Positions 8,995 through 18,472 are shown, counted from the stretch's first letter. The stretch: DNA of 64,000 bases from an uncultured Candidatus Rokubacteria bacterium (GCA_963771355.1 CAVYTA010000004.1:248252-312251), one strand, 5' to 3'. Program-made: numbers and translations. The notes: generated by a model not told the origin, from the letters alone.

Positions 8995-9381
8995 ATGCTG
9001 ATCCTGGTGGTCGGCCTGCTGGTTCCGGTAGCGATGGTGGCACTGTACCGGTACTTCGTGAGGAAGCGGGATGGGCGGGCTCGGTGGCGCTCGGCCGCCA
9101 CGATCGGCGCATCGGTTGGCATCACGCGCGCGGTGTTGGCCTGTACGGGGTGGTACGTAGTCGAGCACACGGGCGGACCACTTCAGATCCCGGCTTTCGC
9201 GCTGGCGATGTTGGCATGGCCCGAAGCGATTGTGTTCGGCCGGCATCGAGGCCCTGTTCCGCTGAGTTTCTATCCCGTGCTTGCACTTCTGCTCATCGTG
9301 ACATCTATGTCGCTGGTGACCAGTGTGGCTCTCGCGGCACACGCCAGCCACGGGCAGCGCGCCGCCCGGAGCGGATCATGA
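8995..9381 (+). CDS. Hypothetical membrane protein
   Basis: 3-4 hydrophobic segments; start lies within CTTAGATG. Confidence 0.6.
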   Translation: MLILVVGLLVPVAMVALYRYFVRKRDGRARWRSAATIGASVGITRAVLACTGWYVVEHTGGPLQIPAFALAMLAWPEAIVFGRHRGPVPLSFYPVLALLLIVTSMSLVTSVALAAHASHGQRAARSGS

Positions 9382-10040
9382 GCGATGACGAGGTTGACCA
9401 GACATGGGTCTCGCGCGAGGCCGCCGTGTGTAGTTCGAGGGCGCGGAAGGCTTTGGTCGCGGCTTTTGTCGCTCTGCTCATAGCGAGCCTGGCGGCGGCT
9501 GGCGTCGCCGACGCGGCCGCCGGACCGGGGCGCCCCAGTCTTCCCCAAGTTCCCTATGAGGACCACGGTGCGTGTCCCTTCGAGTGCTGCACCTATCGGA
9601 CGTGGACGGTCAAAGCCGATACACCGGTCCGCACGGATCGCCGGGACACCGCCCCGGTGGCCTTTCGTGTCCGTCCGGGCGAGCAGGTAAATGGTCTCAC
9701 GGGCGTCGTGGTCACGAGGAAGCTGGGTAGGGCCACGATCCGGGAGCCGATAGTCGTCGAGACGGACAAGCTCGCGCTTGAACCCGGTGAAGCAGTGTCC
9801 GTCGTCAACTACATCGGCGAGGGAGTGTGGAAGATCTGGGCGCGGGGACGACTTTACCACCTTGAGATCGCGAGCAAGGAGCACACCTGCGCTGGGCACG
9901 CCCGAACACCCGGTCCATGTGCCGCCCAGATCGTCGAGGAACCGGAGACCGTGTGGTGGGCGAAGGTACGCAACCGCGGTGGGCAGGAAGGTTGGACGCG
10001 ACAGCTGGATCACTTCGGTCAGATCGACGCTTGCGGCTAG
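9378..10040 (+). CDS. Hypothetical secreted Cys-containing protein (SH3-like)
   Basis: ACPFECCTY motif, WWAKVRN..GQEGWT, C-terminal DACG. Confidence 0.7.
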   Translation: MSDDEVDQTWVSREAAVCSSRARKALVAAFVALLIASLAAAGVADAAAGPGRPSLPQVPYEDHGACPFECCTYRTWTVKADTPVRTDRRDTAPVAFRVRPGEQVNGLTGVVVTRKLGRATIREPIVVETDKLALEPGEAVSVVNYIGEGVWKIWARGRLYHLEIASKEHTCAGHARTPGPCAAQIVEEPETVWWAKVRNRGGQEGWTRQLDHFGQIDACG

Positions 10041-10107
10041 ATCCCGTGCTCGCAAGGGCTGAACCACGGTGGGACAGAGGACTTCGAGAGGGCATGGGCG
10101 GTCGTCG

Positions 10108-10545
10108 ATGCTGAACCTGTTCGGCTTCCTGGCGGTGGGGTGCTGCGGCTTGTTCGCCGGCGCCGCGCTCTACGTCAACCTGGTCGAGCATCCGGCTCGA
10201 ATGAGCTGCGGCGTGGACCTTGCGCTCCGTGAGTGGGCGCCCAGCTACAAGCGTGCCTCGGTCATGCAGGCGTCCCTTGCCGTGATCGGCGGCGTGGCCG
10301 GCGTGTTGGCGTGGGCGCTCCTGGGCGGTCTCGGCTACCTCGTCGGGGCTCTCCTCCTGCTGGCGGTGGTGCCGTTCACACTTCTCGTCGTCTTCCCGAC
10401 AAACAAGCGCCTCCTGGAGCTCCATGCCGAAGGTCAGATTGGTAACGCGCGCGAGCTGCTCAAGCGGTGGAACGCGCTTCACGCGGTACGGACCGCATTG
10501 AGCGTGGTGGCATTCGTCTTGATGCTGCGTGCGCTCAGGGGGTAG
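10108..10545 (+). CDS. DUF1772/anthrone oxygenase-like membrane protein
   Basis: GLFAGAALYVNLVEHPAR, PFT....PTN..L, W..LHAVRT. Confidence 0.85.
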   Translation: MLNLFGFLAVGCCGLFAGAALYVNLVEHPARMSCGVDLALREWAPSYKRASVMQASLAVIGGVAGVLAWALLGGLGYLVGALLLLAVVPFTLLVVFPTNKRLLELHAEGQIGNARELLKRWNALHAVRTALSVVAFVLMLRALRG

Positions 10546-10722
10546 ATGCCAAGTCGGCACCGCCCCCGTCCCCGGCGCGCGATGGTCGCTGGTGTTATGG
10601 TTTGTGATGATGATTGCCCGCTGACGCGACTCTTGTGACGATGCGGGGCTCGTCAACCTGCAAACCTCTTCACGCCTGGTGGCCGAGCTTCGCGGTTGGC
10701 GCGACGGATAGAGGAGAAACAC

Positions 10723-11256
10723 ATGGCCGAGCCCCTGAAGGCACTGAACCTGAAACGCTGGATCGACGAACACCGTCACCTGTTGAAGCCTCCGGTAGGG
10801 GCTGAGGTGATCTGGAAGGACTCCCAGTTCATGGTCATGCTCATCGGGGGCCCGAACGCGCGCCGAGACTTCCACATCGACCCGCGCGATGAGTTCTTTT
10901 ACCAGCTTGAAGGCGACATGATCCTGGAGCTCATCGACGAAAGAGGCAAGAGACAGCGGGAGAAGATCCGGGAGGGAGACGTACTTCTGTTACCGGCCAA
11001 TACTCCTCATTCTCCACAGCGGCCGGCGAACACGGTGGGCTTGGTGGTGGAGCCCGTCCGAGGCCCGCATGAACCTGAAAGCTACGCCTGGTACTGTGAG
11101 CAGTGCGACGCCAAGCTGTACGACATGTCCAGGGGGGAGGGCGACCTCCTGCTGGACCTGCGAAGGGTGTCGGAGAAGTTCAATGCGAGTGAAGCGCTTC
11201 GAACATGCAGGCCCTGCGGTTACGTGCAGCCGGTGGCGACGGGCCCCCGCTTGTAG
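10723..11256 (+). CDS. nbaC: 3-hydroxyanthranilate 3,4-dioxygenase
   Basis: LKPPVG, GGPNARRDFH, EFFYQ, PHSPQR and two CxxC motifs of the rubredoxin-like site. Confidence 0.9.
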   Translation: MAEPLKALNLKRWIDEHRHLLKPPVGAEVIWKDSQFMVMLIGGPNARRDFHIDPRDEFFYQLEGDMILELIDERGKRQREKIREGDVLLLPANTPHSPQRPANTVGLVVEPVRGPHEPESYAWYCEQCDAKLYDMSRGEGDLLLDLRRVSEKFNASEALRTCRPCGYVQPVATGPRL

Positions 11257-11329
11257 TTCGAATGGTCCCGTCGCCCTTGTCGCGAACTCTCGCGGCGGTT
11301 CGACAACATCATTCTGGGGAGGAACAGCC

Positions 11330-11629
11330 ATGATCATGCGGATCACGTGGGGCAAGCTCCGGCCCGGCTCATGGAACGAGTTCGAGAGGACGTACAAGGC
11401 GACGGTGGCCGCCAAGGGGGGCACCAGCAAAGGCCTGCGTGGACGGTGGCTCATGCAGGACACGGCCGATGCGGATACGGGGTTCGCGGTCAGCCTGTGG
11501 GAAAACGCGGCGGAGATGCAGGCCTACGAGAAGAGCGATCTCTACCAGAAGGAGTTCGCGCCCGCCCTCCAGCCGTTCTTCGTCGGGGAGTACAAGACCT
11601 ATCGCTGTGAGGTCAAGTACATGCAATAG
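11330..11629 (+). CDS. Antibiotic biosynthesis monooxygenase (ABM) fold protein
   Basis: 99 aa; AVSLWE...M.AY pattern; RBS GGAGG. Confidence 0.75.
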   Translation: MIMRITWGKLRPGSWNEFERTYKATVAAKGGTSKGLRGRWLMQDTADADTGFAVSLWENAAEMQAYEKSDLYQKEFAPALQPFFVGEYKTYRCEVKYMQ

Positions 11630-11639
11630 CCCGCGCATG

Positions 11640-11771
11640 GCGGCGCGGTCGCACACGCCCAGGGCCCGGGGGGTCCTCGATACCGATCTGACCGGGAAGA
11701 ACGCGAGCTTCTCGAATGCGACGATCTTCGTCGGTCTCGTGGAGTGGGCCGACAAAGTCCTCACGGAATAG
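11640..11771 (+). pseudogene. C-terminal remnant of a DsrE-family protein
   Basis: ARGVLDTDLTGKNASF...FVGLVEWADKVLTE* resembles DsrE C-termini; N-terminus missing. Confidence 0.5.
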
Positions 11772-11833
11772 TAGCGCGGTCAACCGGACCTACCGGCGAG
11801 CCACCGGCAACACCTCGAAAGGAGCACGGGCCG

Positions 11834-12247
11834 ATGCCGCTGCAGGACATGTACCCCGTCATCGTCACGCCCCAGCACAAGGAGTGCCGGGACTTCTATG
11901 CGCGCTGGTTCGAAGCCGCCGTCGTGTTCGAGGCGTCGTGGTTTGTCCTTCTGGCATTGCCCGGCGATCCGCCGCGGACGGTGGCCTTCATGGCCCCCGA
12001 CCATCCCTCCTCGCCTCCAGGCCCCGAAACCTTCAACGGCACGGGTCTCTTCCTCACGTTCCAGGTCTCGGATGCGGCCGCGGAGTACGCGCGGCTCGAG
12101 CAGGGGGGCGCGACGTTTGTCTACGCGTTGCGAGACGAACCGTGGGGCCAGCGTCGCTTCGCACTGCGGGATCCGTCGGGTTGCTGGGTTGATGTGGTGG
12201 AGCAAACGGAGCCGGCGCCGGGCTTCTGGGATCCCTATGTCTCGTAG
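11834..12247 (+). CDS. VOC/glyoxalase family protein
   Basis: RDFY..WF, DEPWGQRRF..RDPSG. Confidence 0.9.
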   Translation: MPLQDMYPVIVTPQHKECRDFYARWFEAAVVFEASWFVLLALPGDPPRTVAFMAPDHPSSPPGPETFNGTGLFLTFQVSDAAAEYARLEQGGATFVYALRDEPWGQRRFALRDPSGCWVDVVEQTEPAPGFWDPYVS

Positions 12248-12263
12248 CGCCGCGCCCTGAGCG

Positions 12264-12743
12264 GTGAACCCCTCGGCTCCCGACCACCCCGCGAACACCG
12301 GCCTGCGTCGCCACTGCCAGGCGCAGGCTCAGCGATCGGGCATGCCGCCGCTCGCCTCTCCCGATGAGGTCGTGCGACCGTACGAGACGCTGGGCACGCA
12401 TCCTGATCTGGTCGCCCGACTCTGGGACGAGCTCCCGGCCGAGCTGCCCGTGGATTGTCGAGTGGTCTTCTACGGCATGCCCGTCTTGATGCACCCCACG
12501 ACGGGCATCGTGTTCGGCTTCGCGGGCGGCACCCACACCTACGCGCTCCGACTTCCCGAGCGGGAACGGGCGGAAGCGCTCCAAGCCGGCGCCACCCGGA
12601 TCAAGCACTACCGTTCGGTCCAGATCAGCTTCGATCTCGACGACATCGGGCCAGAGTGGGTATTTTGCGGGTGGTTCAAGGGCGAGGAAGCGTGGTGTCG
12701 TTCGGCGTTCGAGAGCGCGGGTTCTCAAGGGAGCAGAGTATGA
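12264..12743 (+). CDS. Hypothetical protein
   Basis: LGTHPDLVARLW...YG.PVL.HP..G.VFGFAGGT..YALRLP. Confidence 0.7.
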   Translation: MNPSAPDHPANTGLRRHCQAQAQRSGMPPLASPDEVVRPYETLGTHPDLVARLWDELPAELPVDCRVVFYGMPVLMHPTTGIVFGFAGGTHTYALRLPERERAEALQAGATRIKHYRSVQISFDLDDIGPEWVFCGWFKGEEAWCRSAFESAGSQGSRV

Positions 12744-12803
12744 AGACCACCTCGAGCCCTGGCGGCTGAAGCGGGACGGGTGCGGTCGAGAGGCCGTCGC
12801 GCC

Positions 12804-13361
12804 ATGGAGCTGGTCTGGCCTTCCCCGCAGCACCTCGAAAGCTATGTCGCCGCCCTCGAGCGCGGCTGGTCGCCCGACAACGTTCGCGGTGAGACGGCCG
12901 CGCGCGAGGAGCTGAGGTCGATCGCCACCGACCCCGCCGCATTCCTCGCCGGTCTGGTGGACCGTGAGGCAAAGGGCTCGCCCATCACCCTTCCCGACGG
13001 CTCGAGGGTCCCACGCCTTCCCGGGTATCGTCGTTGGATGTGGGATGGTGAGTTCTGCGGGAGCATCGGCTTTCGCTGGCAGCCCGGGACCCCGGCGCTC
13101 CCGCCACATTGCCTGGGGCACGTAGGATACGCGGTCGTTCCTTGGAAGCAGGGAAGAGGGTATGCAACACTCGCGCTCAGGCTATTGCTGCCAGAGGCCC
13201 GCGCGGAGGGGTTGCCGTTCATCGAGCTCACCACCGACCCGACGAACATGGCCTCTCAGCGAGTCATCCGGGCCAATGGTGGTGTTCTGGTCGAACGCTT
13301 CACAACGCCCGCCCAGCTCGGGGCGACTGAGACCCTCCGGTTCAGAATCACGCTGTCATGA
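12804..13361 (+). CDS. GNAT acetyltransferase (RimJ/L-like)
   Basis: GHVGYAVVPWKQGRGYAT, N.ASQRVI..NGG. Confidence 0.9.
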   Translation: MELVWPSPQHLESYVAALERGWSPDNVRGETAAREELRSIATDPAAFLAGLVDREAKGSPITLPDGSRVPRLPGYRRWMWDGEFCGSIGFRWQPGTPALPPHCLGHVGYAVVPWKQGRGYATLALRLLLPEARAEGLPFIELTTDPTNMASQRVIRANGGVLVERFTTPAQLGATETLRFRITLS

Positions 13362-13371
13362 AAGGGGGGAC

Positions 13372-14370
13372 ATGACAAGAAGGTTGCCGGTCATGCGGAG
13401 GCTCCGGGTATTCGTGGCCATCGTGCTCGGCCTCCTCTGCGTGCCCTCTCCGTCCGAGGCTCAGCGGTCCGCCGGGATCGCCCGGATCGGCTACCTCACC
13501 CCCACCTCGCAGCCGGCGCGTGAGGAAGTGTTCCGCCAGGAGCTGCGCCGGCTCGGCTACGCCGAGGGCCAGAATTTTGTCCTGGAGTACCGGTCGGCAA
13601 ATGGGGACTTCGACCGGCTGCCGGACCTCGCGGCGGAGCTGATCGCGCTCAACGTGGACGTCCTGGTCACGGTGGTGACTCAGGCCGCTCTGGCGGCAAA
13701 GAAGGCGACGGCCACGATCCCCATCGTCATGGTGGGCGTGTCCGACCCCGTCGGGGTCGGGCTGGTCGCGAGCCTCGCGCGACCGGGCGGCAATGTCACG
13801 GGAACGTCGTCCCTGGCGGCCAATGTGGTGGGAAAGCAGCTCGAGTCATTGCGAGAGATGCTGCCCAAGGTCTCCCGGGTGGCCACCCTCTGGAACCCGG
13901 CGAATCCTGTGTTCCAGAAGCTCCAGCTGGGAGAGGTCAAGGCGGCCGCCGCGAAGCTGCGGCTGCAGATCCAGCTCTTCGAGGCCCGGACCCCCGACCG
14001 GCTGGATCACGCCTTCACGTCGATGGCGAGGCAACGCCCGGAGGCGCTCCTTGTCCTGGGGGATCCGATGTTCGGCGCGCACTGGGCGCGGATTGCCGAG
14101 CTGGCCGCCCGGCACCGCATGCCGACGGTGAGCGGGACGCGAGAGTTCGCGGACGCCGGTGGCCTCATGACCTATGGACCGGACTACTTCGAGGCGTACC
14201 AGCGGGCCGGCCGGTACGTGGACCAGATCCTGAGGGGCGGCCGGCCGGCCGACCTTCCCGTCGAACAGTCCACCAAGTTCGAGCTGGTCATCAATGCCCG
14301 GACGGCGGCGACGCTCGGGATCACCATCCCACGGTCGCTGGTCGGGCGCGCCGACCGGGTGGTGGAGTGA
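13372..14370 (+). CDS. ABC transporter substrate-binding protein (ABC_sub_bind type)
   Basis: TIPIVM..DPVG.GLVASLARPGGNVTG; PADLPVEQ.TKFELVIN. Confidence 0.9.
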   Translation: MTRRLPVMRRLRVFVAIVLGLLCVPSPSEAQRSAGIARIGYLTPTSQPAREEVFRQELRRLGYAEGQNFVLEYRSANGDFDRLPDLAAELIALNVDVLVTVVTQAALAAKKATATIPIVMVGVSDPVGVGLVASLARPGGNVTGTSSLAANVVGKQLESLREMLPKVSRVATLWNPANPVFQKLQLGEVKAAAAKLRLQIQLFEARTPDRLDHAFTSMARQRPEALLVLGDPMFGAHWARIAELAARHRMPTVSGTREFADAGGLMTYGPDYFEAYQRAGRYVDQILRGGRPADLPVEQSTKFELVINARTAATLGITIPRSLVGRADRVVE

Positions 14371-15308
14371 CGGCGCTGAGGCCGTTTCGCTTCGGCGTGA
14401 ACGTGTGGGGCGCTGGATCCCGGGGCGAGTGGATCGACAAGGCCCGGAAGATCGAGGCGCTGGGCTACTCCATCCTGACGGTGCCGGATCACCTGGGGGA
14501 GTTCTTCGCGCCCATGCCGGCGCTGGTGAGCGCGGCGCAGGCAACAACGCATCTTCGCGTGGGCACGAACGTGCTCAACAACGATTTCCGGCATCCCGTG
14601 GTCGTGGCGCGCGAGGCGGCCACCGCCGACGTCTTGACCGATGGCCGGCTGCAGCTCGGCCTGGGCGCCGGCCACATGAGGTCGGAATACGACGAGGCCG
14701 GACTGCGCTTCGAGGCCGGGGCCACCAGGGTCGAGCGGCTGGCGGAGGCGGTCGCCATCGTCAAGGGCCTGCTCGGGGGTGAGGCGGTCACCTCCACCGG
14801 GCGGCACTACCGAGTGACCGGGCACACGGTCTACCCGCTTCCCGTCCAGCGCCCCCGCCCTCCCATCCTCATCGGCGGCAATGGCCGGCGCCTCCTCACC
14901 CTCGCGGCGAAGGAAGCCGACATCGTCGGGCTGTCGGGGATCACGTTCCGGAGCGGTGGGGTCGAGCGGGACCTGTCCGGCTGGCGCACCGTGGGCGTCG
15001 ACGAGCGGATCCAGCTCATCCGGGAGGCGGCCGGCGACCGCTACGCGCAGCTCGAGCTGAACGCGCTGGTCCAGCGCGTCGTGGTGACCGACGATCGCCG
15101 CCGGGCTGCCGAGGAGCTCGCGCGGCGCTGGACGCCGCTGAGCCCGGCCGAGATCCTGTCGAGCCCGTACGTCCTGGTGGGAACGATCGACGAGCAGGTC
15201 GAGGATCTTCAAGCGCGCAGGGCACGGTGGGGTCTCTCCTACTACGTCATCTTCGAGCCGTACGTGGACGCTTTCGCTCCCGTCGTCGCCCGGCTCGCGG
15301 GGAGATAG
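14367..15308 (+). CDS. LLM-class (putatively F420-dependent) oxidoreductase
   Basis: VPDHL, RHPVVVARE, GRLQLGLGAG, PPILIGG. Confidence 0.9.
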   Translation: MTALRPFRFGVNVWGAGSRGEWIDKARKIEALGYSILTVPDHLGEFFAPMPALVSAAQATTHLRVGTNVLNNDFRHPVVVAREAATADVLTDGRLQLGLGAGHMRSEYDEAGLRFEAGATRVERLAEAVAIVKGLLGGEAVTSTGRHYRVTGHTVYPLPVQRPRPPILIGGNGRRLLTLAAKEADIVGLSGITFRSGGVERDLSGWRTVGVDERIQLIREAAGDRYAQLELNALVQRVVVTDDRRRAAEELARRWTPLSPAEILSSPYVLVGTIDEQVEDLQARRARWGLSYYVIFEPYVDAFAPVVARLAGR

Positions 15309-15749
15309 ATGAAAATCGCGATTGGCTCCGATCACGCCGGATTCCGCTACAAGGAGATTCTCAAGTCCGCCCTCGCCGCGCGCGGGCACGAGGTGCGCGA
15401 CTTCGGTACCAGCTCGTCGATGCCCGTCGACTATCCCCTGTTCATCCGGCCGGTGGCCTTGGGAGTCGCGCGGGGTGAGTTCGAACGGGGGCTCGTGCTG
15501 GGGGGGTCGGGCAATGGGGAGGCGATCGTCGCCAACCGGGTCCGCGGCATCCGGTGCACGATCGGGTGGAACGTCGAGTCCGTGCGCCTCGGGCGCGCGC
15601 ACAACGACTCGAACGTCTTGTCGCTGGGGGAGCGGTTCGTCGCGGAGGGGGACCTCCTGGCCATGCTGGACATGTGGCTGACCACGCCCTTCGAAGGCGG
15701 GCGTCACCAGAGACGAATCGAGCTCATCGACGCGGGGGATGGCGCCTAG
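15309..15749 (+). CDS. rpiB: Ribose-5-phosphate isomerase B
   Basis: IAIGSDHAG, DYP, GGSGNG, HNDSNVL, FEGGRH..R. Confidence 0.95.
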   Translation: MKIAIGSDHAGFRYKEILKSALAARGHEVRDFGTSSSMPVDYPLFIRPVALGVARGEFERGLVLGGSGNGEAIVANRVRGIRCTIGWNVESVRLGRAHNDSNVLSLGERFVAEGDLLAMLDMWLTTPFEGGRHQRRIELIDAGDGA

Positions 15750-15756
15750 CCTGCCG

Positions 15757-15906
15757 GTGGCCGCCGTGATCACCGCGGCCCGCGGCACGTTTGACACGCT
15801 CCGGCTGCGGACGGAGAATCCGACCGCGGCGCGCCTCTACGAGCGGATGGGGTTTCGCCGCTGCGTCGAGGCCGACGACAGCACGCATGTCATGGAGCTA
15901 GCGTGA
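15757..15906 (+). pseudogene. C-terminal remnant of a GNAT acetyltransferase
   Basis: Translates VAAVITAARGTFDTLRLRTENPTAARLYERMGFRR...; N-terminal part absent. Confidence 0.65.
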
Positions 15907-15922
15907 GTTGCCTGGAGGGCAG

Positions 15923-16291
15923 ATGCAGATCACGGGCGTCATTCCCCAGCTACGGACGACCGATCTGGCGGCCTCGATCCGGTTCTACACCACCAAGCTC
16001 GGCTTGACGCTCGAATTCCAGTACGAGGACTTCTACGCCGGCATCCGAGCGGGGAACCAGGTCTTCCACCTCAAGCTCTCGGACGAGAAGGACCCGTCGA
16101 TCGCGTTCGTGGACCAGGAGGAGCACTTTCACCTCTACTTCGAGACCGACGATGCCGCCGCGGTGGTGGCCGGATTGAAGAAGAACGGAGTGCCGCTGGT
16201 GAAGGAGCTGCACGAGACGCCCTGGGAGACGCGGGAGTTCGCGGTCAAGGACGATCAGGGGCACACGCTCTACTTCGGGGAGCGGCGCTAG
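15923..16291 (+). CDS. VOC/bleomycin-resistance family protein
   Basis: SIRFY..KLG, TPWETREF..KDDQGH.LYFG. Confidence 0.9.
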   Translation: MQITGVIPQLRTTDLAASIRFYTTKLGLTLEFQYEDFYAGIRAGNQVFHLKLSDEKDPSIAFVDQEEHFHLYFETDDAAAVVAGLKKNGVPLVKELHETPWETREFAVKDDQGHTLYFGERR

Positions 16292-16324
16292 ATTCCCACC
16301 GGCGGCGTCGCGGAGCCGACGGCG

Positions 16325-16801
16325 ATGACGGGACGGCGGCTATCGTCGTCGCTGACCTTTTTCTGGAAGGTTGTCCTCCCGGCGGCCTGGATCGCCGGCT
16401 TCGTGGTCTGCGCGGAGTCCGTGTTCTTCGTCTCCCGCGGGAAGGCTCCCGATCCCGGGCTCCAGTCGCTGAAATGGGCCTTCCTGCTCGTGTCCCTCGT
16501 GGGGGCGCCGGCGCTACTCTGGTTCGCCACCGGGCTCAAGCGGGTGACGCGAGATGGGCCCGATCTGCTCGTCTCGAACTACCGGCGGGAGCTGCGGATC
16601 CCGGTGGGGGAGATCCGGCATGTCTACCAGAGCTGGGCGGTGAGCCCCTGGCGCGTGGTGATCGACATGCGCGCCCCGACCGAGCTCGGCTCGACCTTCG
16701 TCTTCATCCCCCGATTCCGTGACGGGCTCACGCATCGGGCGCTCGGCGGCCAGCATCCCGTGGTCGAGGAGATCCGGGCGATGTGCGATGCGGCGCGCTA
16801 G
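16325..16801 (+). CDS. Hypothetical membrane protein
   Basis: Two TM segments plus a soluble domain; stop overlaps the convergent ggt stop. Confidence 0.7.
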   Translation: MTGRRLSSSLTFFWKVVLPAAWIAGFVVCAESVFFVSRGKAPDPGLQSLKWAFLLVSLVGAPALLWFATGLKRVTRDGPDLLVSNYRRELRIPVGEIRHVYQSWAVSPWRVVIDMRAPTELGSTFVFIPRFRDGLTHRALGGQHPVVEEIRAMCDAAR

Positions 16802-18465
16802 GCGGGCGGGCGGCTCGCGTCCGGCCTGAAGCGGATCCCCGGCCGCGCCAGCCCGCCCCCGACGCCGATGGGCGTGCCGTCGGCGCGCCAGCAGGCCGCG
16901 CCCTCCAGGGTGCCGTCTCCGGCGAAAGCCACCGCGTTCATCCCGCCCGCCACTGCGGGCACCGTCACCACTCGATGCCCGCGGGCGGCGACTGCGTCGC
17001 GGATGGCGGCGGGAATGTCCTGCTCCATCTCGAGCTCCTGGCCCTGGCTCCACACTCGCGGCGCCTCCACTGCTTGCTGGAGCGTCATGCCGTGATCGAT
17101 CAGGTTGACCACCGCCTGGAACACGGAGGTGAAGATGCGCACGCCGCCCGGCAGGCCGAGCGCCCACGCGGGCTTGCCCTCGCGGAAGACGATGGTGGGC
17201 GCCATGCTGCTGGTCACGCGCTTGCCGGGGGCGATGGAGGCGGGCGTGCCGGGATGCGGATCGAAGAGCGCCATGGTGTTGTTGAGCAGGATGCCCGTGC
17301 CCGGCACGGTGGCCTTGGCGCCGAAGAGATTGTTGATGGTCTGGGTCATCGCGACCACGTTGCCGTCGGCGTCCGCCGTCGTTACGTGGGTGGTGTGGGC
17401 GGAGGCGCCCTGCGCGCTGGTGGCGGCGTTCCCCACGTAGTTGCCCGCACGATCCGGGCGGATCTCCGCGCGCCGGGCCGCCGCGTACTCCTTGGAGGTG
17501 AGACGCTCCATCGGGATGTCCACGAAGGCGGGATCACCGGTGCAGGCATTGCGATCGGCGAAGCCGATCTTGAGCACTTCCGCGATGAGGTGGAAATAGT
17601 CCGCGGTGCCGAAACCCAGGCCGCGCGGGTCGAAGCCCTCGAGGATGTTCAGCATCTCCACGAGGTGGAGCCCGCCCGCGGTGGGCGGCGGGGCGCCCGC
17701 GATCTCGAAGCCGCGGTAGCGGCCGACAATGGGCCGCCGCTCGACCGTCTCGTAGCGCGCGAGGTCGTCGAGGGTCATGATGCCGCCGGCGCGGCGCATG
17801 TAGTCCACTACCGCGGCGCCGAGGTCCCCGCCATAGAGCACGCGGGGGCCCTTGGCCGCGATGAGGCGTAGCGTGGCCGCGTAGTCGGGCATGACCACGA
17901 GGTCGCCGGGCTTGATGGGAGCGCCACCGGGCAGGAAGGTGCGCGCGCTCTCCGGGAAGCGCGCGAGGTCTGCCGCGGTTTCCGTGACCGCTTCCACCAG
18001 ATACGGGGTGGCGCGGAAGCCGCGCTCGGCGTGGCGGATGGCCGGCTGCATGACCGTCTCGAGATCGAGCCGGCCGAAGCGCGCCATTGCCTCCGACCAG
18101 GCCTTGAGCGTGCCGGGCACGCCCACCGCAAGGGGGCCGATCAGGTTCAGATCGCCGTCCACGCGGAGATAGTCGGGCCAGGTGTCGGCGAGGGGCCGGT
18201 ACATGTCGGGCCGCGAGGCGGCGGGAGCGGTGGTGTAGTTGTCGATGACGAGATGGCGGGCGTCGCCGAGCCGCAGATGCGTCATGCCGGCGCCGAAGAT
18301 GCCCACCATCATGGGCTCCACCACGGTGAGCGCGAAGAGCGCGGCGATGGCCGCATCCACCGCATTGCCGCCCGCGGCGAGCATTTCCGCCCCCGCCGCC
18401 GAGCCGAGCGGGTGATTGGTCACCACCATGCCGCGGGATGCCGTTGCCGGTCGCTTGTCGGTCAT
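16798..18465 (-). CDS. ggt: Gamma-glutamyltransferase
   Basis: GGNAVDAAIA, HTTH autoprocessing Thr, PGKRVTSSMAP, GLPGG. Confidence 0.95.
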   Translation of the reverse strand: MTDKRPATASRGMVVTNHPLGSAAGAEMLAAGGNAVDAAIAALFALTVVEPMMVGIFGAGMTHLRLGDARHLVIDNYTTAPAASRPDMYRPLADTWPDYLRVDGDLNLIGPLAVGVPGTLKAWSEAMARFGRLDLETVMQPAIRHAERGFRATPYLVEAVTETAADLARFPESARTFLPGGAPIKPGDLVVMPDYAATLRLIAAKGPRVLYGGDLGAAVVDYMRRAGGIMTLDDLARYETVERRPIVGRYRGFEIAGAPPPTAGGLHLVEMLNILEGFDPRGLGFGTADYFHLIAEVLKIGFADRNACTGDPAFVDIPMERLTSKEYAAARRAEIRPDRAGNYVGNAATSAQGASAHTTHVTTADADGNVVAMTQTINNLFGAKATVPGTGILLNNTMALFDPHPGTPASIAPGKRVTSSMAPTIVFREGKPAWALGLPGGVRIFTSVFQAVVNLIDHGMTLQQAVEAPRVWSQGQELEMEQDIPAAIRDAVAARGHRVVTVPAVAGGMNAVAFAGDGTLEGAACWRADGTPIGVGGGLARPGIRFRPDASRPPA

Positions 18466-18472
18466 GGGCGGG

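Noticed and set aside
1..16801. CRISPR array or intact integron
   Set aside because: There are no regular identical repeats, no cas or intI gene, and no spacer has both a perfect RYYYAAC and a complementary GTTRRRY.
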